A stretch of DNA of 64,000 bases from Octopus vulgaris (Eukaryota). The stretch covers positions 114,638,001 to 114,702,000 of the forward strand of contig OX597819.1 in assembly GCA_951406725.2 (NCBI GenBank), written 5' to 3'. This document shows, one piece after another, positions 1 through 11,634 of the stretch. A model generated the notes under the pieces. It ran no database searches. It worked only from the letters and a program-made list of their open reading frames with translations, and had not been told where the DNA came from. Numbering within the stretch: position 1 is the stretch's first letter; every line of letters starts with the position of its first letter. The position numbers and the translations under genes are program-made.

Positions 1-385
1 CATGGATAATTTCCAGATGTCTTTGGCTTGGCAGTGCTACCAGGGGGACGCTACCAGTTTGAGACAAGCTCTACAGGTACAGATGCACTGTCTGATGGAC
101 TTGTCCAAGGTGTACATAGAATGCCAAAACCATTCTGCATGCTCTCCTTCAGTGTCCAGGCATTGCTGACTTGTGGGGTTATGTTGAACAGCCACTGTCA
201 TGTGTGGGACATATCCGTCTGTTGGCTGAGTTTGTAGTGATTAATGCACCACTGCCCTTCTTCAATCAAGCAGGGAAGGTAGTTTTCCTTTGCCTGGTGG
301 CTGTGGCAAAAGTGGTTGTTTGGTGGACAAGGCTGAAAGGCACGAGGATAGATACATTCCTCTTTAGTAGTGCTCTTATGATTGG
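1..385 (+). mobile_element. Decayed Tx1/L1-clade LINE ORF2 C-terminal fragment
   Basis: Broken frames read ..TILHALLQCPG..LWGYVEQ..VFLCLVAVAKVVVWWTRLKG, resembling the CCHC-knuckle C-terminus of L1/Tx1 ORF2. Homologous to 43531-44508. Confidence 0.65.
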
Positions 386-387
386 AT

Positions 388-932
388 GGTACTTTTTGCA
401 TGCCACCTGCATGGAAGCCAGTCAAAGCGGCACTGGCATCGGTCACATTCCGATGATTCTTATTATGTGCTACCAGCACAGGGCTCACAACTACAATTTC
501 CATTTGATTTGATTTTAATATTGCTGTTGATGTTGATGTACTTGACTCAATAGGTCTCCTCAAGCACAGCATGTTCCCCTACGATCCAAGGTACTTTTGA
601 GTGGGCTGGTTATGCAACACTGGTGTAGGTTACAGCTGTGGACTCACTTTATTTGCTGGGTCTTCTCAGTCACAGCATATCTCCAGAGTCTCGGTCTTTT
701 GTCATAGCCTCTGTGAGGCCCAACATTCGAAGGTCATGCTTCACCACCTCATCCCATGTCTTCCTGGGTCTCCCTCTACCCCGGATTCCTTCCACTGTTT
801 GGGAATGGCACTTCTTCACATAGCTCTCCTCATCCATCCGCAGTACATGACATACCAACGCAAACGTCTCTCATGCACGCCACATCTGATGCTTCTTATG
901 TCTAACATTTCTCTCAGGGCACTTACACTCTG
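388..932 (-). mobile_element. RTE-clade LINE 3' fragment
   Basis: ORF 670..858 (HVLRMDEESYVKKC..GRGRPRKTWDEVVKHDL) is the typical RTE ORF C-terminus. Same family as 36260-38690. Confidence 0.8.
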
Positions 933-1634
933 AGCAAAAGTTATGTCCTGAAAATTATCCATGTGGTTCCCCTTGTTTCAGTTTTTTCTCATCAAAACTA
1001 CTGTTGCGAGTTTTGGTATCCCACTGCCAAAAGGTTATTGAACAAGTCTGACATATAAATATATATATATAGACCATACAGTAATCTGTCTAAATCAGGT
1101 GATTTTCTCTCCCTGCAGCTATATATTGCTAGAATGTTGCCTGATTATCATAGCACTCTGCCTCCATTGCCAAGAGTCACAACACACTGATGAAGTGATC
1201 ATTTAAGTCCATTGTGTAACTAGGGATGCCACTTCTAAACAGTGAAGCACCACAGAAAAGTTGCAATATTAAAAATAGCAAATAGATGAAATGTAAGAGT
1301 TTGAATCATCCTTCCTGCTTAAGTTTCCTGATTTTAATGAGTCAAATATTCTGATGCTATATCATAAGTTGAATATAAGTTTAAAAAGGCAGGATGTATC
1401 TGTAACCTTATATAGGGAGAATACAACATTAGCTATTGCATATTACTTTGATAATTCTCTGTGGATGTTTACTTCACATTGTAATTGCATTTGTGTAAGA
1501 ACTCAACTACAACAGAACAAAACACATATCATCCTCAGTATACAAGTTTGGATTACAGATGATGTTAATGCACTAACCAAGTTACCAAACTGTAAGGATA
1601 TCTCTGAAATCACTGCTTCATCAGTCATTTATAC

Positions 1635-1685
<51 letters not shown>

Positions 1686-1767
1686 GAGCCAGATTTATAT
1701 ATATATAATGACAATCAACATATATACATTGTACTTATTAAACTAGAAACTACACACTTGTTTCAAC

Positions 1768-2691
1768 ATGAATGCAACCTATTTGGCTGATCCTGTTATA
1801 TATTCAAGATTTGTTGCTTTGAATATCATACCTGTATTCCTAATTGTGGGACTCATAGGTAACTTATGTGTGATATATATTTATGCACGACAGTCCCAGA
1901 AAAGCAATGTAGAAACATTCATCCTTGTATTAGCTGTTACTGATCTCACTGGATGTATCCTTGGAATGCCTCTGGAAATGGCTGAACTCTACCTGGCAAT
2001 ACAATCAAAATATTTCTGCAAATTATACAAGTTTGTTATCTTCATGTGTTCTGCCATGTCATCCTTGATTTTGTTTACTATTGCTGTTGAAAGATTCAGA
2101 AAAGTATGTTGTCCACATGGCAAACAAATTACTCCAAAACTACGGCAAACTCTTATTATTTTCATAACTGTAACATCAGTTGCATTGGTATTGCCAGTTC
2201 TGATTTACTTTGAATCTGTTCCCTTTACCTATGAAGATAAGATGTATATGATATGTTGCTGTGACCTTAGAAGGTCACCTGCCTGGTCATACATTCTAGC
2301 AGCATTAATTCTTCACATTATGCTATTCTCAACCATGACTGTACTTTATTCGCTTGTTCAGAAGACTATTACTCAGCATTTCAAGAAAAAGCAAAGTAAA
2401 GAAGCAGCTTGCAAACAAGACCAATTTAGTCGCACAAACATTGTACTTATTTCAATTTCTGTTTTGTTTTTTGTCAGTTTTTCACCAGTTCTTGTTTTTA
2501 TTGTCATACATCCATACTTCAAAGATTCTAACTTGTTGCAGATTTTGAAAGTAGTTTTATACCGTACTTGGATACTAAATTCATCTTTAAATCCCTTTGT
2601 GTATGGATTTTGTAACAAAATATTCCGCAAAAGTTTTGGAAATATATTTACTCAGGATAAAATTGTCTTTGAAATGGAGGAGAAATTTTAA
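1768..2691 (+). CDS. Intronless class A (rhodopsin-like) orphan GPCR, copy 1, 307 aa
   Basis: Seven hydrophobic segments. TM1 GLIGN, TM2 LAVTD, TM3 Cys and ERF (DRY variant), TM6 FVSFSP, TM7 NSSLNPFVY (NPxxY), helix 8 FRKSF, N-terminal sequon NAT. Confidence 0.95.
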   Translation: MNATYLADPVIYSRFVALNIIPVFLIVGLIGNLCVIYIYARQSQKSNVETFILVLAVTDLTGCILGMPLEMAELYLAIQSKYFCKLYKFVIFMCSAMSSLILFTIAVERFRKVCCPHGKQITPKLRQTLIIFITVTSVALVLPVLIYFESVPFTYEDKMYMICCCDLRRSPAWSYILAALILHIMLFSTMTVLYSLVQKTITQHFKKKQSKEAACKQDQFSRTNIVLISISVLFFVSFSPVLVFIVIHPYFKDSNLLQILKVVLYRTWILNSSLNPFVYGFCNKIFRKSFGNIFTQDKIVFEMEEKF

Positions 2692-2816
2692 GATTTGGTT
2701 TACACCACACTTTTTAATATCGAGGAATACTTTCAAGTAGCAGAAACATTTCCTTTGCTTACGATTTCATAGGAAATGCACTAGATTGAAAATAACTCAA
2801 GGATTGAGGTGTTTAA

Positions 2817-2936
2817 CCCTTTAGCGTTCAGATTAATTTGTCAAAAGTAATCCTTATTTATTCACATTAAAAAAAATTTATCTGATATTATTTTGTACCT
2901 TCAAGACCGGATACAGCCGGTTTAAACACTAAAGGG
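2817..2936. mobile_element. piggyBac-type MITE (CCCTTTAG...CTAAAGGG, TTAA TSD)
   Basis: ttaa|ccctttag ... ctaaaggg|ttaa. Paralogous 3' flanks (e.g. about 12697) show the empty ttaa site. Confidence 0.8.
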
Positions 2937-4360
2937 TTAATGAAATAATTACTTTTTCCATTTTTATTTTAATATTTAGAAAATTATATTTTCTTTCATA
3001 AAATTGGAATGTTTCGATAGAAATGTGAACGTTTTAAAATATGCTGTTTGTATCCTTATCACAGAGTCAGTCTAAGGTAGGTTTGTATCAGAAAGATCAA
3101 TTTGAACACCCGAACAGTTTCTCTATAACATATTTATACTAGTTTCTGTTGTTGTTTTACACTTTCTATGGGAACATAGCTGTTTATGCAAGTTCTACTA
3201 TAAACTGAAAACTATTTGAATCCCACAGTTTTTATATTACATTTTAGATCTACATTTGAAAAATTCAGGAAAGTACGAGAAAATTGTTGTTGTTGTTATC
3301 ATCATCATCATCATCATTATCATGATGAGAAAATTTAAGTTGTTAATATTTTTGAAGTTGTGTCAAAACTGCTAAAGCTTAGTAGATTAATAAAGGATGG
3401 CTTAAATTTTTGATGTTTGTTTTATTATGTATTTTTCTTTGTTTTTTGTTTTTATCATCACCTCACTACTAATTGAGAAGAGATCTTTTTTCTTGCTCTT
3501 GAGGATCTGATTTCATCTCACAGGCTTTGATAAAATGAAGTACCATTCAAGGAGTTGTGTTTATGGTATCGGTTTACTTCCTCCCCTTTAAACTTTTGAC
3601 TTTATACCTAAATTAGAAATTATTATTGTTGTCATCATCATAATTATAATCATCATCATCATTGTCATCATCATCATCATCACCATCATCACCATGGTGA
3701 TCATCATACAAAAAATCTAAGTTTAGAATTGCTGAAAATCATTTTCATACCAGTGCAGTGGTGAAAGAAGTGTGTTCCTATGTTTGATATATTGAATTTA
3801 TGGAATGAATCCTGTTTGTAAATGTGTTGAGCCTTGTAATTTTATGCTTTGGAGATTGTATTTAAAGGATGGCTGGAATTGTTCATATTCGTCTTGCTGT
3901 GTTTTTTGTTGCTTATCCCCACATCACTCCTAATTAGGAAAACCTATTTTTTCCTGCTCTTTAGGATCTGATTTCATCTTCTACCTAGGTGATCTTCCTA
4001 GCTTTCATAAAATTACAAACTATTCAAAAACTGGGACTAATGGCATCATTTTACCTCCCCCGCCTCATAATGTCAGACCTTGTATGCAAATTAGAAATTA
4101 TTGTTGTTTTTGCCGTTATCTTCATCATCATCACACTTACATCCACTTTCCCATACTTCAGCTTGTTAGTCAGCTCTTCTCCATGCTGTTCCTCCTCCTG
4201 TATCATCTTTCTAAGTCTCAGAATTTTTAGACTGGCCAATCTATGTAGATCTCCTGGCATTCCTTTGATATCTGCACTGGTTGTGACCTATGCACTTTCT
4301 ATGTCCCTAACAATGCATTCACCTCTTTTGTACAATATTTTTGTCAGACAAAGGATTTAA

Positions 4361-4576
4361 CCCTTTAGCATTCACATTATTCTGTCAAATAAAATGCTTA
4401 GCTATTCACATTATTTTAAATTAATCTTTATCTTATAGCTTTGAGATTTTGATGAGGTAACTGTTAATTTTTAGAATGATATTGTTGGGTTAATGTGAGA
4501 GGCCTGATCTGGCAAGTTTGAACATGAAACAGGTTAAATATTGTGACTGAATCTCCCCATTATAAATGCTAAAGGG
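4361..4576. mobile_element. piggyBac-type MITE, same family as 2817-2936
   Basis: ttaa|ccctttagcatt ... aatgctaaaggg|ttaa. Empty site in the paralogous flank at about 13303. Confidence 0.8.
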
Positions 4577-5024
4577 TTAAAAATAATCTGCTGTGTTTTT
4601 AGTAATTTTGAAACAGTTTCAAAAGCAAGAACTTAAATTTCTCTTTCTATGAAAATGTTTGATATTCTTTGCTGAGTAGAAAATTATTGTTAAACCCACC
4701 AACTCTTCAATCTTTTATTTTACAAACATCATTAGCAATTTTTATACTTATTTAAGAAACAAACCCTTCTAAAGTTGTGATCAACATTATCATCATTGTT
4801 TCACTTTTAACATTTTCCCATGTCTTTGGTACATACAATGTATTTTATTTGTGTGTGTGTATTAATATGTTTGATATATTCAATTTATGGAACACTTCCT
4901 GTTTGTAAATGTGTTGAGCATAGTAATGTTATGTTCTGAAGATTATAGTAATGGATGTGTTGAAATTTACATATTTCTTTACCTGTGTTGTTTGTTGCTT
5001 AACTTTTAAGAAAGTTATCCTCTG

Positions 5025-6530
5025 CTGAACTTGGAAAGTATTGTAATTATATTCTGCCAAAGAAAACAAGTATTGCATTTTCTTTTACTTGAAACTTCGC
5101 CTTTGTTTTGGCACAAAGACTTAATTCATCAGAAAAAACTTCAGGAAAAATCTTTTTTAATTCTATTTTTAACTCCTCTAACACCTTACTTGTACTGGTA
5201 GAAGAACCATTTACATTTTTACAAAGAATATTTATGGGGAGGTCCCATGACTTAAATAACTCCATCCAGTCTATTCCAAATAAATTTGTCATATTATTCG
5301 GTACAAAAACTTTGGCTTTCAAGGTTTTTCCATGAAACATAACATCACTTATCATTTCATCCTTAAAATACAACTTTTTCTTAAAACACCACATGCAATT
5401 TTTGAAGTTTCTTTTATTCTAGGTTTCCTGATTTTTCTCCATGTATCTTTGTTAATTATCGTGATATCACTGCTCATATCCAATTATATCCAATTATAAC
5501 CTGACATTCACATTATTCATTTTTATGAACTCAATTTTTTTTTCTCAGCCTTGCTTAGAATTTTTGTTGACAGTACATTCTTGCCAAAATTCTTTTCATT
5601 AGATTTTGTTTTTGTTATGAGTTTTTATGTCCAGTTTTTCCACACTCAAAACATATTAGATTTTTAAAAGGCAAACCTCCATACCCATAGCATGAATTGG
5701 GTCTTGATGTTTGTTTTTCTTTTTTCTTATCTGTTATAGGTTGATAGACTTGAATATGAGAGCAATCTTTTTCTTCAATTTTATCCATGTCCTGTCTTAA
5801 ATTTATAATTCTCTAGCATTCTTCTGCTACTGCCTGTAGAGTTAATTTTTGGTCCTGTTCTAATTTTGTTAATATCTGGGAACATATACTTTGCATCTTT
5901 GCTTGCAGCTAGACCTTGAACAAAAATTAGTCATTTGAACATGTCCAGAGTTAATTCATTTAATTTGAATTTTTCACACTCTCTGTTAAGAACCCCAGCA
6001 TAGGTGACAAAATCTTCATCTTTTTTAAAGAAATTTAAACACTGCCAGCGAGTATTGAAAAAGGAACTTCTTTCACTGAAAATTTTCAATAAAAAGCTCT
6101 TTCATCAAAACAAATCTCACTTGTTTTCTTTGGCAGAATATAATTACAATACTTTCTATGTTCAGCAGAGGATAACTTTCTTAAAAGTAGTTGCGTTTTA
6201 TTCTTGTCAGTCCAATTTCTACATTCATTGAAGATTTCTTCATATCTTCAAAAATTTGCAGAGAAACTAATATCTTCTTCTGGATTATAAATGAACTCTC
6301 CAATTGAGTTTGCTATGCCATCCGGCAGGATCAAACTTGAAGTATTTTCAGACTTCTTCAACATTCCAGCAACTGTTGATGTTCTTGTTGTTGCTGTTGC
6401 AGCTACTGTTGTTGTTGCTTCTGTTGCAACTGCACCACGCAGGCCAATAAGTCCTCCATATCAATGATTTTTTTCATGGGTTTCGTGTCCAATGCAAGCT
6501 TCAAATATTTCATTGCCACTTTTATATCCT
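5025..6530 (-). mobile_element. Decayed Gypsy LTR retrotransposon gag-protease fragment
   Basis: Minus-strand frames include a protease-like LDMSSDITI, NLFGIDWMELF, and gag-like CEKFKLNELTLDMFK / LIFVQGL, with multiple stops. Confidence 0.75.
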
Positions 6531-6575
6531 TACGTTTGGATAACCCATGCTGGCATGGAAAACGGACGTTAAACA

Positions 6576-6606
<31 letters not shown>

Positions 6607-6774
6607 AACAAAGCAGAGGTAAAGTAATGTCTTCACATGACGTACTTCTACTACTGCTTACACGAAACTCCAAAATGCCTTCTGTTGTCTGAATGATATA
6701 CGTTACTCTTTTTAAGAAATTCAATGAGTCCATCTTATAAACATCCAGGGGTGTTAATGTCTATCACCACAAAG

Positions 6775-7080
6775 ATATTGCACATATTTCCCTGAATGTT
6801 GTCTGCTTTTCACAACACTCTGTCCTCATTGCTATGAATCATAACTCACTGGTAGGTCATTATTACAGTTCATTGTGTGATTAGGGACACCACTAGTGTC
6901 ACAGTAAAACTCCAATATTAAAGAAATCAAATTGGGAAAATGTAAGTGTTTGAATCATCTTTCCTACTTAAGTTTACTAATTTTGTCCCATATTGTGATA
7001 CTAGATTGTAAGATGAATCTGTTGAGTTAAACCAAGTAGAATGTATATTAATCTGTAACTTGATACAAGCAGAATACCAC
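6775..7080 (+). promoter_or_regulatory. Orphan copy of the GPCR upstream module with no downstream CDS
   Basis: Aligns to the region 300-650 bp upstream of copies 1, 6 and 7 (cctgaatgttgtc.., gtgtttgaatcatc.., atgtatattaatctgtaac). It ends at taccac. Confidence 0.6.
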
Positions 7081-7445
7081 TCCTTTTGATGATAGTCAAT
7101 AAAGACAGTATTTTTGCCTCCCAAAAAACTGAGGCCATCGCCTTCTCTGCACATGAAACATCTTAGTCTACTTTGGGGCAGATGAGAAGGGATATTTCTA
7201 CTGCCTGGATTGTCTCTTTGTCTCGGGCTGAAAGTGATGAATCCAAACACTCATCCTAACTTAGAACTGTTCAAGGAAATCAGTTGGATCTGCCTCAAAC
7301 AATATCAGATTTTGCTGTAATGCGATCAGCCTGGTGTGGATCTGTTATCAGAAGACATTGCATTTGCTGAGCAGAAGTGTTCATCATGCCAAGTTCCCCG
7401 TGCAGAATATTTTCAACTGTTTCACAAGATATGCTAATTGATACT
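7081..7445 (-). mobile_element. Decayed mariner (Mos1/SETMAR-like) transposase fragment
   Basis: Minus strand reads ISCETVENILHGELGM.. then ..IHHFQPETKRQSRQ.. and MASVFW, matching the mariner pattern ILHEELGM/WVP..DE.W.HHF.PETK.QS..VMASVFWD. Confidence 0.75.
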
Positions 7446-8789
7446 TTCAAAAGTACAATACTATCAACAGCAACAACAGTTAATATTTTTAAAAAATCAT
7501 CCCAAACACTCAGATAGATAGTTTGGAAGATGGGAATGCTAAGAAGAAGAAACAGAACAACAACAACAATAATAGCAGTAAACAACATTCCATAGAGTGA
7601 AACGCTACTATAGTCCATTTGTATAGGAGTTGCATGAAAGTGAATGTTTTCTTAACAGAAATTGGACAAACGTTAGCATGCTGGGCGAAATGCTTTGTGG
7701 TATTTCATCCGCCGCTGCTTTCTGAGTTCAAATTCCGCCGAGGTTGACTTTGCCTTTCATCCTTTCAGGGTCGATAAATTAAGTACCAGTTACGCACTGG
7801 GGTCAATGTAATTGACATAATCTGTTCAGGGATGCTATCAGTAAGGTGAGGGTCGGCTACAAGTATTGCATATGAATTCAGTGTACATGTAGGGCTTCAC
7901 TAAGGATCAGTCCTTAACACCCTTTTGTTCACTCCTCTGTGCTGTTGACCTTGTTTTTATAGCTGATTGACTACCAGAACTAGAGAAAAAATTTCAGGTG
8001 TGGAAGCAAGGTCTAGAATTTGAGCTAATTTGTCCCCTTTATGTAATTGACATAATTTGACATAATTTGAGCTAGTTTGTCCCCTTTATGTTTAACCCCT
8101 GGTGGGCAATAAAGAGATAAGAAATTGGGCAAACAGAAGTTTTTGTCCTGTTCCAGTTACAAGCAAAAATTGTAGTTGGGAGAATTTTGTCAAACAGAAC
8201 AGCATTTTTTTTACTTGAGGAACAAATCCAGAAGAGCGAAAAACATGGATAATTATTTATCTCTTTTTATGGAATATGGAAAGTGGACTAAATTTGTTTA
8301 CATCAAATAGTACAAGCTATCCCAAAACATTAGAAGAAATCCTCTCAAATGAAAATGGCGTACCTATTTAAGAAATAAATACTTATTTAAGAAATAAACC
8401 CTTCTAGGGTGTGTGTTAATAAGTTTAATATATTCAATTTATGGCACAAATCCTGTTTGTGAAGGTGCTGAGCCTAGTAATTTTATGCTTTGGAGATTGT
8501 AGTTATGGATATTTTCAATATCTTATTATGTTTTATTATGTTTTATTATGTTTTTTTGTTGTTTAGCTTCACATAACACCTAGTTGAGAAGACCTATTTT
8601 TTCCAGCTCTTTAGGTTCTGGCTGCAAAATAAAGTGCCATTCAGTTACTGGAGTCACTGGCATCAGATACCACCTCCCTTCAAAATTGCTGGCCTTGTAC
8701 CTAAATTCAAAATTATTATTGTTGTTGTTATTATCATTATTCTGTCATTTGGCTTGCATAGTATCAGAATGTTATTCTCTTCTCCTTTT

Positions 8790-9340
8790 GAGTCATGATA
8801 GGGATAGATGAGTGGTAGGTGAGAGCTGTAGAAGCCATGTTCAGGGATGCTATCAGTAAGGTGAGGGTCGGCTACAAGTATTGCATATGAATTCAGTGTA
8901 CAAGTAGGGCTTCACTAAGGATCAGTCCTTAACACTCTTTTGTTCACTCCTCTGTGCTGTTGACCTTGTTTTTATAGCTGATTGACTACCAGAATTAGAG
9001 AAAAAATTTCAGGTGTGGAAGCAAGGTCTAGAATTTGAGCTAATTTAGCAAAAACCAAAGTCTTAGTACATAGGAAAGCAGACAAGTCACAGATGCCTTC
9101 AGGTAGATGGTCCTGCTCAATTTGTAGAAAAGGTGTAAGTAGAAACTCCAGAAGATGTACTCAGTGCAAGCTATGGACGCATAAGAAGTGCAGCAATATC
9201 TGAGGAAGGTTAACAGGGAAAATGGTCTTTGTGTGTGGCAGATGCTCTGGTAAAATAAACACTAGAAATATAAAGAAAATAGACTCCATCAAATGCCAGG
9301 GGTGATACCTAGAAGTAGTTGATAGTTTACATTAGCTTTG
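8790..9340 (+). mobile_element. RTE LINE RT fragment (also at about 17470-18005 and 25880-26415)
   Basis: Similar to 37200-37770 (gggatagatgagtgg..ggatcagtcct..tgcaagctatggac..). Confidence 0.75.
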
Positions 9341-9484
9341 TAAATGAACAATCTAGTGTGTATATTTTAATGGCCTACTAATGTACACAGTGCATTTCTC
9401 TACCCTATGTGTCAGGAAGACACTCAGCAAAAAATGGAGACGGAATTGAAAGAAGATTATAATGAAGAAAATGATAATAATATT

Positions 9485-9790
9485 GATAATAAGACGAAAA
9501 ATAGATATATACCATCCTCTTAAGTATGAAATAGCCCGGTTTTGGAAAATTAAAACGGTGAAGATAGTGCCAATTATTGTTGGGTTCTTGGGGACAGTAT
9601 CAGAAGGCATCAAGAGGGATATAAAGATAAATTGGAATAGAGGGTTCAGTAGCACTGTTACAAAAGGTTTGCATCCTTGGCACGGCCAGAATAATCAGGA
9701 AAGTATTAGATAGTTGAAGAGAACAGATAGTATGGTATTGTAGGTTGCAGGAAGCAAGCCTGCTATGCTTGCAAGTCTGCAGGAGTTCAA
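9485..9790 (+). mobile_element. Dong/R4-type non-LTR retrotransposon 3' end (also at about 18155-18450 and 26567-26862)
   Basis: KIDIYHPLKYEIARFWKIKTVKIVPIIVGFLGTVS is the C-terminus of an RLE endonuclease. Preceded by a (TAA)-like tract. Confidence 0.7.
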
Positions 9791-10262
9791 ACAAAACAAA
9801 GGCGGCGAGCTGGCAGAAACGTTAGCATGCTGGGTGGAGTGCTCAGCGGTATTTTGTCTGCCACTACGTTCTGAGTTCAAATTCCTAGCAAGATTTAAAT
9901 TCAGTATGTTATAGGACATAACTAAATACTGCATACAATTTTGTTTGTCTCACAACCAGTTTGAGTGGCAATGATAATAATGATACTAATTGGTATTCCT
10001 AATTTAGGCACAACAATAGCAGTTTTGATGGGACCTGGTTAGTCAAAGCTAATGCCAGTAGTATAGGCGAGGAATTATGAGAGCAGGTGATCAGTCAATA
10101 CCACTGATTCCAAGACTTCACTGGCACATATTTAATCCTCCTCTAAAAGGCTAAAATTCCAACTTGAAATTTGCTGTGTAGGAACTCAGGCAGTAAAGTG
10201 CTGAATCAAATGCCACAAAACTTTTCTCCAATGTGCTAAAGATTATGGCAGTTCATTGCCTT

Positions 10263-10793
10263 TGTAGTGATGTCATATTCCAGTGTGCGCACACGCAACG
10301 TCATTCTTCAGTGTGCATGTGCGGACGTCCTTCCTCAGTGTGCGTGTGCGGGGTTGTAACCTTCTGGAACTTTCTGGAAAGGCATAAGGAAGTTCCCTCA
10401 TGCACATGCGCTAGAGACTGAAGAATAAATTCTATAGCGTTCCTTAATAGCGTCGGGGACTTGAGACATGGCGATAGAAGAGAAAGGACGTATTTTTATA
10501 CGTGTGATTAGCTTATTCGCCTGTCCCAGACGCTTAGGATTTAACCTGTTCTATTAATGCTGAATTGTTGTAAGAAGCTTACAAACGTTAGAATTCAGCC
10601 TTGCTGTGTTGAACTAGGTGGATACCAGTATACCATCGTGTTTCATTGTTGAATAAGAGAATAAAGAATTGTATATATTTTTAAACTTGAATTTCGTTCC
10701 TGACTGGTAGTTTCTAGAAACAAAAGGAAAGGAAATTGTGTTGCACCCAAGTTGCACCCCAAAAGTGTAAAGAAGCAACCAGTTCCCCTTACA
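10263..10793. mobile_element. Solo LTR, 531 bp, with 4-bp TSD
   Basis: cctt|TGTAGTG...CTTACA|cctt. Units B and C show the empty site attg-cctt-taaccc (19247, 27659). Internal aataaa present. Confidence 0.88.
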
Positions 10794-11634
10794 CCTTTAA
10801 CCCTTTAATCTTTCAACTGGTCGACACCAGCCAAAATATTTTGTTTGCTTTATCTTCAAACTGGCCAGATCTTGCCTGTCACACTTACCCTACTATATTA
10901 TTCTAAAAACAATCACATAATTGAAACCTCGAAGCTACAAGCATGACTAATTCAAAAGAATGTGAATAAATAAGCATTATATTTCATAGAGAAATCTCAT
11001 TTAGTCAGGAAGCCTGTAGTTTTAAGAAGAGGGTGTAAGTCAATATCATTGGCCCCAGTACTTGACTGGTACCTTATTCTCTCAATCATAAAGATTTAAA
11101 AGGCAAAGTTGACCTCAGCAAGATTTGGGCTTAGAATGTAAAAAGTGTGAGGAAATATCTTGACATTTTTTGTCCAGTACTATTTGTGCTTCTGGTATTC
11201 ATCATTAAACAATGTAATTTTGTAAAATGTTGTTGCCATTTAGGTTTCTTAATTTTGTACATATTTGAGTTATGATAATATACTTTTAACCTAATTAGTG
11301 AAATAAAACAGGATGTATATTAATTAACAATTCATTAGAGAAGATATTACAAAACTCTCTCTGATAATGCTACTTCACATTGTATTTGTGTAAGAACTCA
11401 ACTGCAACAACAGAACAAAAAAGAATATCATCTCCAGTATACAAGTTTGGATTACAAATGATGTTAATGCACTAATCAAGTTGCTTACCTACAAGTACAT
11501 ATCTGAAACTAATGTAACATTAGTGTTTTATACAGATTTATACACATATATGAACATATGCACGTATATACATTTCAATAATCAACATATATACGTTATA
11601 CTTCCTTTACTGGAAACTACACACTTGTTTCAAC

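Noticed and set aside
1768-2691. Naming the receptor as CCKAR, orexin receptor, opsin or vertebrate OR
   Set aside because: Only generic class A motifs are visible. There are no OR signature motifs, no Lys at the opsin Schiff-base position in TM7, and no phylogeny was run.
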